DNA from: Squalus acanthias
Lineage: Eukaryota
NCBI GenBank assembly: GCA_030390025.1
Contig: CM059425.1
Span: 178,438,001-178,502,000 of the forward strand
Direction of reading: 5' to 3'
DNA: 64,000 nt
Under the pieces are notes generated by a model. The model was not told the DNA's origin. It worked only from the letters and a program-made list of their open reading frames with translations, and searched no databases. Positions 24,374 to 36,156 of this stretch are shown here, piece after piece. Every line of letters starts with the position of its first letter. The first letter of the stretch is position 1. Made by a program: the position numbers and the translations under genes.

Positions 24374-24993
24374 GAGGTGAAATTCAATTTTCAGCACAAA
24401 ATGGGCACCGCGATCCAAACCTGTGCCGGAAGACGTAGGCAAAGGGCCCGAGCCAAATCAGGTGTCAGCATTTCATTTTAATTAAACTGATGAAATGTGG
24501 ACTGTAATTGGGTATTGCTATGCAGCTCGCCAGTTGGGGCCTTAGGCATTTTGGTTCTGACACTCAGCTGGTTCTCTGATAGTTCTGGGGGGCGGGGGAA
24601 GAGATGGCGAAAAGGGGGTGGGGAAGAGAGTCTGGGCCAGCAGAGGTGCGCACTATTTCGTGGAGCCTTTTTGTGGGCGGCCACCAGCGGTCCCTTTAAA
24701 AACCACTGGAAAGCCAGAATAATTGGGCAGAGCAGGCATAGTGCAAGCTCGGCCCATGTGAAGACCAATTTTGCATTGGGGTACTACACTTGCTGTGAAG
24801 GTCTTAATTTGCATATGTAATGCTTCTAAAAGCCTGTTTCTAAGCCTGTCACCAAGAAGTCGGTGGCTTCCAGTTTGGCAGCTGACACACTACCATGGAA
24901 TATCAAGTGTGGGTGATTGTAACCTGAAATTCGTCCCCCCCAACGCTGATCTTTTGCCCAAAAAATTGACGCGACGATGTTCAATTTCTCCCC
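24374..24993. mobile_element. Degenerate Harbinger-like MITE
   Basis: GC-rich island ending gaggtgaaatt... / ...aatttctcccc, like the other MITEs. TSD imperfect. Confidence 0.5.
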
Positions 24994-27900
24994 ATGTCTT
25001 GAACTCAAGTGTTTCTTCCCCCATCCTAACGGCTAAAACTCAAAACTCACGCAATTAATTCATCTATAATTTACAGTTTGCTAAAGCATTATCCAATCAC
25101 TGCTAGTTTTATTTAACCAAAATCTGCAATCCATTAAACACCAACTTGTGGGATGATGAACAGGCTGATGTTGATTTTACTGAGGGAAGGTCAAAGAGAT
25201 CTGAAGAAATATGGCCCTGCTCCATCTTGGTGTCAGCCACTGAGCAGAGATTATTTGTCAGGCATTAAGACACAACTTTTAAAATAACACAGAACAAAAA
25301 AAGGCACTTAGTGGAATAAATTACTTCCTGGGGAGGCAGGAAGCTAGGCTACCCCCTGTCACACAGCTAATATAGGCTTGGTGCCACCCTATTTACATCT
25401 GTATAGTTTCCATTTACTTCATGTTTCAAATAAAATAAATCAAAGCAGATAAGCAGACTTGTCACGCTAGTGTTTCCTAGCAAATTATATTTGAATCATA
25501 GATCATAAACACATTGACTCATGAAGCAGTGCTCTGGTGACAACCTGTAATAATTGTAATGAATAATCCAAGACTATAAAACAATAATGCACTTTTGTTA
25601 CACTTCTTCATATTAATGAAGGCTGACAGCCTTGACTAATATTTGTCACCTTAAGTTATAAACAAAATGATTGAGCATGTGTCTTAAACAACACACAAAT
25701 CCAGTGAACAGAAATTTATTAAATTTAACAGTTGTGAGGGGAAAAAGCCTAAATAGACTACAAAGGCCTCGTATTTTAAAGTTTTCTGAAAACAACATAA
25801 AAAGGGAAAACAAATTTTGGCAAAGTGCCCTGGAAAAAAAAATTTCTATCATACAGCAGCAGCTCAGAATGTAAACCGTACACTAGACTTTTGTTTGTAA
25901 GAACACAGTACTCAATCTTGAGGCCAGAGAGGTTTTAATCTTTGCCCAGACTTCAGCCTCTCTTTTCACCAGCCTCCTAATCAGTGAGAAGATATTAACA
26001 TCAGGCACAAGATGAAGCAACGTCTGTGGCAAAAAGCACAGTTTCTCACGTCTGCCTGAATAATGAAGTACAGATGACTTAGCAATGCAGTCCCGAATGC
26101 AGATGTGACAGAATTCAAGACGAAATAAGATGGAAATATTGTGATACTTTGCAGTTGGGAACTTTATCTGGAAACCTATATGTTCAATACTTTGATTATG
26201 AAGAGACACATAGATAAAAATTGCAAGTATAAAAGAAATTCTCTCGAGTTAATCTGGTAAACCAGCAATTCTGAGCCATTGCCTGTATGAACTATAATAT
26301 TCGTATCATCTAGACAGAGACTGCACCGGCTCCAGACATCTGGCAGCTGAGATAAGGGGGAACAGAAAAGAGGGGCGATCCTTGACTCAGGCAATTGAAA
26401 GATATCAGAAACTACTAAACAAGGGTCACAAGGACATGCAGACATACATCACAAGGAGGAAAGAGGGAAGGGTCAACTCCTAAAAGGAAAAAAAAGGAGA
26501 GCTAGTTTTACGTTCTACAGTACGGTTGAGTGATTGTTTTTGCCTCTATTTCTGTTAGTAATGAATCATACTACATACTGTAAGGCCTTGGAACATTTCA
26601 TACAAGGAGATGAAATGTTCAGTGGGAGGGAGGTCCTCAATACAATGGCAGCAGAAGGGAAGGTTAGACTGGAGGGTTAAATTCATTTTCCGCTAAGGTG
26701 AGTCATACAGTTAGCTTACCACACAGAAATACAGCAGAAAAAAATATACTCTGAAAGATTTTTTTTTAAAAGAAGTAAAAATGTCCAAGCCAATGTGGTT
26801 GTATTTGAAAAAATAAAAGCGATTGCTATTTTTGTAGCCATTTTGAAAATGTTCCAGAGTATATTTAATATCAGAAGCTGCTGCGCACACACAATGAATG
26901 TCTCGCCCACATGAATGGCCTATCAGGTCATTCCATAAATCCTGCAACAAGGGGAATCTTTTTTTTTAAAAAGCACAACTCAAAGGAAGCTGATCATGTG
27001 GGTGTGACATCTCCAAGGAGCCAGTGTGTAACATAGAAAGCAAGTGGTTAAAAAGAGCAATATTTAGCAAAACAGCAGAGGCGCAGACACAACAGTGGAT
27101 ACAGGCACATCGCACGTGCTTTTTTTTTTAAAGTGAGGGGAAGCAAGTCAGCAAAGTAAGAAATGTGAAGTTCTAACACTGAAGAACTCCATGCGGCATT
27201 GTGCAAAATAAACTGAACAGAATTCTCAAGTGCCAACAGAAAAATCACACCACAATAACAATAAAAAATAAACTAAGAAATAAACAAACAAACCAACCCA
27301 TTTTCCAATAAAACCATCAAATGCAGTTGAAACCAAGCTTTACAGATAATTTAGTGTATTAAAAGCACACCCACACACCAGAATGTCAGATCCATGCAGT
27401 CACCTCTGCTACCATTGTTGTTCACAACGCGGTAAACTGCTTCCAGCTCTGTCAGTACTAATCATAATGATGCCCCACAGAGCACCAAAAATTAAAATGA
27501 CCTTGTTAGGTGCTAATAAGGCTCTTGGGTCACTGCCATTCTCTGTAATAATCACAACTGAGCATAAAGCGAATTAAAACCAAGTGAACATAAAGCTTTG
27601 AAAGGAAATCAAGTTGGACTAGGGCCAGTTACTAGTGAGGTCTGTCTGTGGGTCAACTTTGTCTCTATTCATAATGAAGTCACATTTTTTGTGCAAATTT
27701 TCTTTTGTTTCTACCCCCACTGAAGGTAATCTTGCTGAGGTGCAGCCCAAGTGGCCACTCTTCATGTATAAGCTAAGACATTGTAAGCTAATAATCCATG
27801 AAGGGCAACACAGAGCAGCCGCGATCCTGTTCTCACCCAAGGTCCACATGCAGGCCCAACAGCCTCGAAACAAGTCACTTGCGCTCAGCTGTAAAATGGT

Positions 27901-28311
27901 ACTTTTGGGTGGGGGGGGAGGGGGGAAACTGGGAACAAATTTAAAAAAATTTAAATAGTTCAATAAACTTCCATTTCCTTTTTTAAATGTTTTTATAGTT
28001 GAATGAAAATGTCAGATCATGAATACAGCAGGTTCAATAAAAAGAAAAGCCAGATGAAATATTAAGGGTGCTAAAACCTTTGCTTATAAGAATTCTGGGA
28101 TATATGAAAGTGATGTATAAAATACTGTTCTTGAAAAGAAACTATCTTATGCATGAACTGTCTGGTTATAAATATTTGGAAGTGACACCAAGAACCAATT
28201 ACATCCCTATATATATTTTTTAAATGAGATGCCAATTGGTTATATCCAGCTGGAAGCAGCTACACTGCCGTTTACCCCCACCACAGGAAATAAGTGCTTC
28301 CAAGGCCTTAC

Positions 28312-28473
28312 CGTTGGTATCATGGTGATTGTGTGGAGGGTTGGCCATGTACGGGTCTATGTTTTCTGAGGACGCAACAACATTCTTCCGATCCAGCATC
28401 CGCCCATGGGCATCATAACCCTCCTTAATTGCTGTAGGAGGGGTGGTAGTGGAAAAGGGAGAACTGAAGCGGC
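28312..28473 (-). CDS. SEMA6A: SEMA6A stalk exon (162 nt, phase 1-1)
   Basis: cag|GCCGCTTC...AACG|gtaagg; GRFSSPFSTTTPPTAIKEGYDAHGRMLDRK...HNHHDTN resembles the mammalian stalk exon (EGYESRGGMLDWK...HNHQDK). Confidence 0.9.
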
Positions 28474-30705
28474 CTGTCATTATTGTAAACACAGTCAAGG
28501 TCATTCTATTCTACTAAGAATCTGAACTTTTTGTTAAGTCAGGGAAAAAAAAGAAACATCTGCTCTAGTACAACTCAATTGTCTTTTTATTTTACATGAA
28601 ATAAACTCAATCTTTTTTTCCTCTTTCACATTGAATCTGCAATGAGATACGTAGGCAACAGTGACAACTTATACCCAGCCTGCGGCACATCGCATCTGTG
28701 TGACAGAAGCTCTGAGTAACTATGACAGCAATAAAAGTTCTCTTTGAGAGACTGAGGGGTGGTTACTTTAAGGATTGTTAACTATGATTTTGCCACAGGA
28801 TTGTCCTTCAGTCTGCAGGACCTAATAATTAAAAGGGATTTATTTTGCTTGACGCTACAGGCTGAGAGATTGCTCTGACAGGAACATTTCATTACTCACC
28901 ATCAACTGTGACAGGAAGTATTGCTTTAGCAGTTGACATTATTAGTGCAACCCGAGGGTGCGTTTATATTACAGAAAAAAAAATCGGGGGTGGGGGCGGA
29001 GGGAACAGCTTGCACTGCTAATGCCTCATTTTACAGAGGAAAACTATTCTCGGAAATAAATGACTGGGAAAACTGCACATCGTGGTTAAAAGACAATTGT
29101 TTGAAATGTTGTCTTAATACGAGCACGCTATAATTATCTGGAATGAAAAATTGCACAATAAAACATTTATGCATGCATAAATTTTACATTGTCACAGCAT
29201 AAAACTATTACTTGAGGTCAAGGGCAAACTGGTTATCTATTACTGTTAACCTGCCTTTAACACTGTTGCTTAATATTTCCCCCTGCTAGAGTTTAATTCT
29301 CCAACATTATATGAGAATTTGTCCGTAGTTGACTCCTCTCCATCCCTTTTCACCCCCTCCAATAAGGTTCAGAAAGCCTGAGATATTCACAAAGGGAGAC
29401 TTAAGAAATACAACCTGCTGATTTGCATCTACACATAAACTTGTATGCAATCTAAAGTTTGCTCCAAAAATCAACAGAATAGGTAAGAAAGCTGTGATAT
29501 ATTGAAATTGTTAAGCTTTGAACTTCCTCGGTGGGCAAATGCACCACATGATGTGGTATCGAGCCCTGCAGATCAGGGAAGTCCATGTACAGTCCTTGTC
29601 CTATGCTGAGTTAATGTATATCAGTCGGGGTGCTACAATTTGCCTTATTGCCATTGGGTTGGGGAGAGCAGAAGATGAATGAAAAGAAGGCAGGATTCTG
29701 TCTCCTGATAACTATTCAGCAGCCCCTCCTAGACAGTACAATGTATGTAAATGTCAGGGGAGGATAGCATTGGATTGTCTTTGCTGTTCTCCATGCCAAC
29801 CGTTTGGACTCACACATGAAGAATGGGCACTTGAGCTGGAATCATAGCCGAGCAAGAATCTGTGCTTTCAGGAGATGCGGGAGGGGAAAAAGGAAGAAAA
29901 CGATTGGACGAGGGAGGGATAATGAAGCTTAATATATCTCAATCTCTACTGCACAGAGAAACCAAACTCATGTCTTCACTTCTTATTCTTCCACTAATTT
30001 CTGGAACAATCCGTAGGTAAGACTTTTCCCAGGATTCTCTGTTAAATTTTTACTTGGACAAATCTCTGTTTGAGGCTCAAATCTTTTCCAAAATTTGAGG
30101 ATGGAGTCACACCCAAGGTAGGGTCCAGCATTGTAGAATACAGGATATCATATAATCAGCAGGTCTATATATATATGCAGTGTGTTAGACAAAATAGTCC
30201 TGTTTATCTTCAATCAAGGACAGACACTATGATTAGGCACTACTATTGCTCTAATCAGCAAACCCTTGGGCCTTGTATCATGCTAGTGTCTACAAAATGC
30301 TAATTAGAAATGTTGAATATTAAATACGAAAGACAGACAAAGAAACCAGGTAAAGAACAGCTCAGTGATCTACATTAGTAGATGGATTGATTTATGATTA
30401 AAATAAGTGCATACTAGAGTAGAGTAAAGTCAATAAAACTGGGTTAAAAAAAACACTGACCATGTATTGTATCACGAGACATTTCATGACCTTGTGGAGT
30501 GGTTGAAAAGTCTAAGAAGAAAACAATGGTGGAAATGAAAAAAAAATGCTTCAAAAGAAGGTAAGGGGAATAAAGAATAACAGTAATAAAACATCTTGAA
30601 CGTGAATATCAATGATAAAATGCAGTTAGGAGTTGGGAAAGGTGCATCATTAACTGAATGCTTATGCCACCAATTAATCAAACAATAGAATCACGGCGGG
30701 CTTAC

Positions 30706-30726
30706 CATTCAGTGCCACAAAGGAGT
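30706..30726 (-). CDS. SEMA6A: SEMA6A 21-nt microexon (NSFVALN)
   Basis: ctgcag|ACTCCTTTGTGGCACTGAATG|gtaagc; gives the known NSFVALNG peptide and phases fit both neighbours. Confidence 0.95.
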
Positions 30727-31108
30727 CTGCAGAAAAGGAGAAGGAAAAGGTGTCAAAATGGTGATTTCTACACAATAAGCTGATCCAGGGTTACATAATA
30801 TTTGCAAACAGCTTGTAAGGATTCTTTTACAAATAAAAAGCTATGGAATAATTAGATAGGATTTTCAAAGCAATTTATAAATAGTATTGTGTTACAGGAG
30901 GCATTTCAAAAGCAACAGAGCCATTGTGTATTTCACTTTTACTCTTAGGTTTATCAATTCAGAACTAGCAAAAGGAAGAGGCAACACCATTGCCTGTACA
31001 GTCTGCTCCATATATAACATGTTGGAAATCGCACTATCCCCATTCATTTCAACAGGAGCCATTCAGCTAAGTGAATAATATTAATAATCATCTTTTTGTA
31101 AAGTCTAA

Positions 31109-31809
31109 GGGCTAGAAATTGGGCACCTTAATGCCTCCCGTTATCGCCTCCGGGGGCACTAACGGGGCGCGAATCACTTACCGACTGGGCGTGGCGAGAA
31201 GATCGACTCCCGCTATATTCGGCTGCAGGTTTGCGGCAGCGGTCTGGCGTTGCGCCCAGATCTCCTTTGCCCGGAGATCGTGACATCATCACCGTGCACA
31301 GCGCCCTGGACCCGAACTTCGGTTCCGTCCCCTGCAGCATTGCTGGGCGAAAACACCGGCAGCTGCAGGAGGCCGGGCGATTCGGGGGCGATACTTAAGG
31401 CAAGGTGGCCGAGGTAAGGGAAAGAAATTGTGAAATGCTGTTTCTGGTTTTTTTCCAATTTTTCTTTGCCAGTGATTGATCGGCCCGACACTCTGCTGCA
31501 GTGCATCGGGCTGATCGGGCCGGATCGCGGCTGCTGTCGGGGACCAGGTAAGGTTTCCCCTTGCAGAGCCTGCAGCGATGGCCCTTCCCTTTAAGGGAGG
31601 GAAGGATCCTTCCAACACGGCAGCGCTGCACGGCCCATTGTGCAGCACTGCTGCCTGTTGCGCTCCAGGAAGGGAGTGGAGGGCTTGATTTAGCGCTCCA
31701 CTTCCTTCCTGGGGTGCAAAACCAAATTTTTTTAAAGTTGAAAAACATTAGCGCCTGGTGCTAATTTTTTCAACTTTTAAAATTTGGGGCGCTACCTAAT
31801 TTCTCCCCC
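31109..31809. mobile_element. Harbinger/PIF-type MITE (GC-rich)
   Basis: TIRs GGGCTAGAAATTGGG and reverse complement GGGGGAGAAATTAGG (12/15). TAA at 31106-08 and 31810-12. Confidence 0.85.
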
Positions 31810-32528
31810 TAAGATTTTGTCATCTATTTCTACTCTCATTATTGTAAATGTTAATCCTTTATCTACATACCAGCAACCGGTTAGACAAATATCAGAGTCT
31901 GAGGATTACAGAAGAATGGATGGCATAGGAATTCTTCCTACATCAAGTACTCCCATACCTAGATATTTAGAAAAAGTGGTAAAAATTATCTCCCATTTGC
32001 TATTGGATTTTAATCACTTTTTCTGTATATAGTAGGTTGGGAAAAAGTATTAATATTGAAGATATTCCCAAACAATCTCCTTTAATCAGGCCTAATATTT
32101 TACAATAATAGGAAAGATTAACATTATTTCTGCACTTTTTTGCCATTGTGTATTTCACTTTTACTCTTAGGTTTATCCTTCAGACAAATGTTTAATAAAT
32201 TGCAGAAAATGGGTTATTCCCTTGAGGGAGTGCTCTTATTCAGAATTAACAATACACTTTCCTGTGTTGTCCATTGGATTGCAAAGCCAGCAGTTCAATG
32301 TGTACTTGGCACCTTATAATAACGTGGCAAGTGCTAATTACTAGGCTTGGGTAGATGAGTGAGCCATAGATCTTCAAAGATCGCAACTTGCACGTCAAGA
32401 TATTTCTCTTATTGTACTTACACACAGTTAGAAATGACCTGTAGCATAAACACTGTCCTTTTGAAATAATATTGCTGCTAGGACATCAAAAAAGTATTTC
32501 AACCCAACAAAAATACAGGTTTGCTTAC

Positions 32529-32587
32529 TTTGGCAGTCTCCCAGACCATCTGTGTTGCCATGCTCAATGTCTTGCTCAAATGCTGAT
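32529..32587 (-). CDS. SEMA6A: SEMA6A exon (59 nt)
   Basis: tag|A-SAFEQDIEHGNTDGLGDCQ-A|gtaagc. Confidence 0.96.
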
Positions 32588-32779
32588 CTACATAAAAGAG
32601 AGAGAGACATATAATGGTTACGAACAGTAAAATGATACATATTTAGCAGGTGAAGCTCTGACATGTAAAGCTCAGCTGATGGTTCGGTTGGGATTGACAG
32701 TGTCCAGAATGGAGCATCTACAGACCAAAAAATCCATGGGGCGACTCCTGATCTTTGCTGGTTAGCTCATCTCAGCTGG

Positions 32780-32993
32780 ACAAAAATGAGAAGTCGCACA
32801 ACACCAGGTTATAGTCCAACAGTTTTATTTGAAATCACAAGCTTTCGGAGCTATCGATCGCCCCTTCCTCAGGTGATCGATAGCTCCGAAAGCTTGTGAT
32901 TTCAAATAAAACTGTTGGACTATAACCTGGTGTTGTGCGACTTCTCATTTTTGTCCACCCCAGTCCAACACCGGCATCTACGCATCATGACCA
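32780..32993. mobile_element. Mini palindromic Penelope-like 3'-end insertion with hammerhead motif
   Basis: Same terminal sequence as 412-1764. 83-bp inverted arms (32777-32859, 32875-32957) with a 15-nt spacer. TSD ATCTCAGCTGG at 32769-79 and 32994-33004. Confidence 0.9.
32835..32876 (-). ncRNA. Minimal hammerhead ribozyme motif, sense to SEMA6A pre-mRNA
   Basis: Minus strand TCAC-CTGAGGA-A-GGGGC-GATCGATA-GCTCC-GAAAGCTT-GTGA. Compared with the 1634 copy, only N7 and loop II differ. Confidence 0.75.
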
Positions 32994-33903
32994 ATCTCAG
33001 CTGGGGCAGAGGTAAGAGCACAATTCTTCTCCTAGCTTCTAGGCTAGAGAAGGGAGGTGGGTGGAAGAGGGCGGGAGACAACAGTTAGGATCCTTGCTTG
33101 TGAATGGACCTTCATGACTTCCTACTTCCGAGCTCTGAAGTGGGGTTAGCTAGAAGATGCATTAAAATGTTCAATTGCTGCTGCACCTCACCGTTTCAAG
33201 ATACTGTGGCATTTACAACACAGCTACAAATTAACCGACAAAAATTTCCCCCTCATTTGATTGTGCATAGTTGGGGAAATTCCGTGGTCAGATGTGGATC
33301 TGTGCTTGCAGGCTGTCGCTATGCCAAGTTCCTGATTTCAACCGGGCTCTAAATAGAACCTGTGTTCTTCCCCACTGGTGGATGTAAAAATCAGGCAGCA
33401 AATTGCCACCAGACCACCTCATAGTGACTGTTTCAGCAGCAACAGTGCTATATGACCTGGCAGAATGTCTCTTGCCTACCCTGCTGCTGCAGGTGGTGTA
33501 TAGCCTGAGGAAACCTGAGAAGATAAGGAAAAACTGGAGGGAAAAGGCTATGCGCCCAGAAAAACAGTTTTTTTTATTGCTCTCTATTATGATAAACAAA
33601 TGTATTCTATAATTTTATCAAAATCACCGCCTTTTCAGTTTGAGTTCTAACCTCAAGACCACCAAGAAGTGAGTGTTCAATTAGAATAAAAGAGGGCAAC
33701 CAGCCAATTTGCCTGCTATTAGCAGATGACATTCAACACTCTAAGAGAACTCTGGGGAACGTGCAACAAACAATTTTGCAGTATTCACTTCGTCAGTGAA
33801 CATTTGCCAAAAAGGCTCGGCCCTTGTGCTTGTTTGGTCACCCTCACTGTTACTTTCTTAACTACTCTGGTCACCTCTTCTTTATTTAAAGGGGACCACT
33901 TAC

Positions 33904-33981
33904 TTAGTTGCCGGTGACAGCTGTGCACATGATCCCTCCTTCAGCCAACCACAGTAGGGGTCTCGAGAAGCAACACAAGTC
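33904..33981 (-). CDS. SEMA6A: SEMA6A exon (78 nt, PSI domain)
   Basis: ccccag|G-TCVASRDPYCGWLKEGSCAQLSPAT-AA|gtaagt. Confidence 0.97.
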   Translation of the reverse strand, partial: DLCCFSRPLLWLAEGGIMCTAVTGN

Positions 33982-34178
33982 CTGGGGAAAGGACAAAAAA
34001 ACTTCTAATGCATATCCTGGACATCATCCATGTAAATCACAGAAGGGAAATACTGCCAACCCCCTCCCCCAAAACACTTCACTATGATTTATTTTACCTG
34101 GCCTTCTTGCTGCTTCAAAAGTTAATGGTCTGCAAAATGCTTTTGGAAAGCAATTTTTTATATACACCCTCAACTCAC

Positions 34179-34319
34179 TTTTTGCACTTGCTATGACGTT
34201 CACATCGAGCAAGAGGCACCCTCACAACACAAGTGGAGAACGCCACAAAGAGAGTGTTGCTGGGCTTATCGAGCTGCATACCCACAATTCTTCTGTCTTC
34301 CACACCATCAACACTGCAC
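34179..34319 (-). CDS. SEMA6A: SEMA6A exon (141 nt, end of sema domain and start of PSI)
   Basis: cag|G-CSVDGVEDRRIVGMQLDKPSNTLFVAFSTCVVRVPLARCERHSKCK-AA|gtgagt. Confidence 0.97.
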
Positions 34320-34747
34320 CTGACACAAAAGGCCAACATTTGCATTAGGAGAGTTACACCAATCGACTTTTTTTTTTACAAAATATCTCTGAAGCAGCAT
34401 TGCTCTAATGAGGGCAAAGTGTTACAAGCATTCATGCAGCACTTACCACACACGTTTATCTGTAGAAGTATTGCAGACTTTAAAACTTGATTTGCAACAA
34501 TTTTCTCCCCTTCTCTCCTGAAAGCACTCAGCTGTGCGTGTTTACATTTCCATGGGTGTCAACGACTCTCCAGTTCCCTGCCCCAAGATACTATCCCAAG
34601 GTACTATTCATTCACATATTTGCCTGAACAATGAGTGTCACTGCCTATTCAACCTCAGGGGGGAATCACAGCTCAGCCTGATCCTATCTTCACCCAATAT
34701 CCACACACATACACATTCCACCAGAAGCAGGACTCTTGGCAGATAAT

Positions 34748-34825
34748 CTGTTGGACTATAACCTGGTGTTGTGCGACTTCTCATTTTTGTCCACCCCAGT
34801 CCAACGCCGGCATCTCCACATCATG
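34748..34825 (+). mobile_element. Extreme 3'-terminal fragment of the same Penelope-like family
   Basis: ctgttggactataacctggtgttgtgcgacttctc...catctccacatcatga is near-identical to 1687-1763 and 32912-32990. Confidence 0.85.
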
Positions 34826-35131
34826 AAGTCTAAAGATTGCTGAGGTCAACTGTAATCCATGGTCTCGACTGGGATCAGTTACCTTAACATAGATCAGAAA
34901 CCACACTTGGGATCTTATTGATCTATATAGCTGACTACCACACCAGGCAGGGCATTCATCCACTAAGCCATTGAGGAAATGATGCGTAAAACTTCAAGAC
35001 CTTTCACTCAATTTGATGCAACAGTTAAGGTATAGTAGTGTTTTATTTCCTGCTTTGATTAAAAAACCAATTTCTGTCTAAGCAATTTAGTACTGATGTG
35101 ATCGTCAATCCTATTTTGATTCAAAGACCAA

Positions 35132-35747
35132 AGTCTTGATTTTAACTCAGGGCACGAATTCAGCAAGGGGGTGGCAGAGTGAGTGCCAAGTTTGCATGGC
35201 CCCGCTGGATTGAGGCCCGAAACATTTTACCTCCCGGGCCTCATCCCTATCGTGCTGGTGAGTCTCCCGCATGATGCTGGCAGGAATCAGTCCCTGGCCG
35301 GTGGGCATGAATGAGATGTCAGAGCGCTGCTGGGGACCAGCGGGAATGGTCCCCGGTAGTCAGGTAGATGTGCTGGGGGGCGGGAGGGTCTGGTGGCGAT
35401 CAGATTCGGGGGAGGGAGGAAGCCCGGGCTCCTCCCAGCCCACAAGGAAACATAAACTTTAAACCAAAACTTAGCTTCTCAGCCCACTCCTGCTTGGCTA
35501 GGTTTTGTTGGCGAGGCACAACTGCTTGTTAAAATTGCTTCGGGGTCCTGTTAACATAATAGGACCCTGACTTTTGCATATTTACGAGTCCCTTACCAGC
35601 CTGCAGAAATGGCTTCAGACGCCGCCCAAAATGCGCCCGTTAAAATGGTGCAGAGCGCAAGTGCATCAAGGTGAGTACTACGCGGCCCCGATTTTAACTG
35701 CCCCGCCCGCCCTGTTCTTGTCGGGCGCCGGGTTTTAAAATTGGGCC
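35132..35747. mobile_element. Degenerate GC-rich MITE-like element
   Basis: gtcttgattttaac... / ...ttaaaattgggcc ends around a GC-rich island. Boundaries approximate. Confidence 0.5.
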
Positions 35748-35797
35748 TGAGGTATCTTTCTGCTTAAATCGCAACTGTGAACTAATGATGCACCTAC

Positions 35798-35971
35798 TTT
35801 TCTACATTGTAGATATTAATCTCCTCCAGGAAGATGCTGTCATTGATGAAGCCCGTGTTTGCTTTGGCCAGAAACTTTAAGATGATTCCTTTTTCTGACC
35901 CTAGAAACACCACAGTGTAATTCTGGTAGGGACCAGCAGCATTGTCCACGGCAATTTTGGTCAATCGGTAC
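35798..35971 (-). CDS. SEMA6A: SEMA6A exon (174 nt, sema domain)
   Basis: tag|G-YRLTKIAVDNAAGPYQNYTVVFLGSEKGIILKFLAKANTGFINDSIFLEEINIYNVE-AA|gtaggt. Confidence 0.97.
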
Positions 35972-36156
35972 CTATTAAAAAAGAAGCAAATGAGCAGGTT
36001 TCATTTAGTTTATTATAAAACCCAGTTATAGTGTGAATCTAATCGTATGGGACATTAAGAGGGAGCTATTTTTAAAAAAGTACATTTCAGTATCATCTCA
36101 AAAGAAAATTCGGTCTTTTTTTATTGCACGGCAATCGAGCAAAAGCAAACCAAAGG

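Noticed and set aside
26720..26750. Possible 31-nt exon on the minus strand (tctttcag|AGTATA...GTGTG|gtaagc)
   Set aside because: The acceptor is preceded by an A-run rather than pyrimidines, the body is U-rich like intron, and it breaks the frame (stop even when paired with the 32-nt candidate). At most a weak poison-exon possibility.
28900..28950. 51-nt open frame matching the recalled length of the mammalian insert exon
   Set aside because: It is preceded by GG, not AG, so there is no acceptor; only the 24-nt version has one.
34748..34825. Hammerhead in the third Penelope fragment
   Set aside because: The fragment starts downstream of the motif; it has no CUGANGA/GAAA core and no clear TSD.
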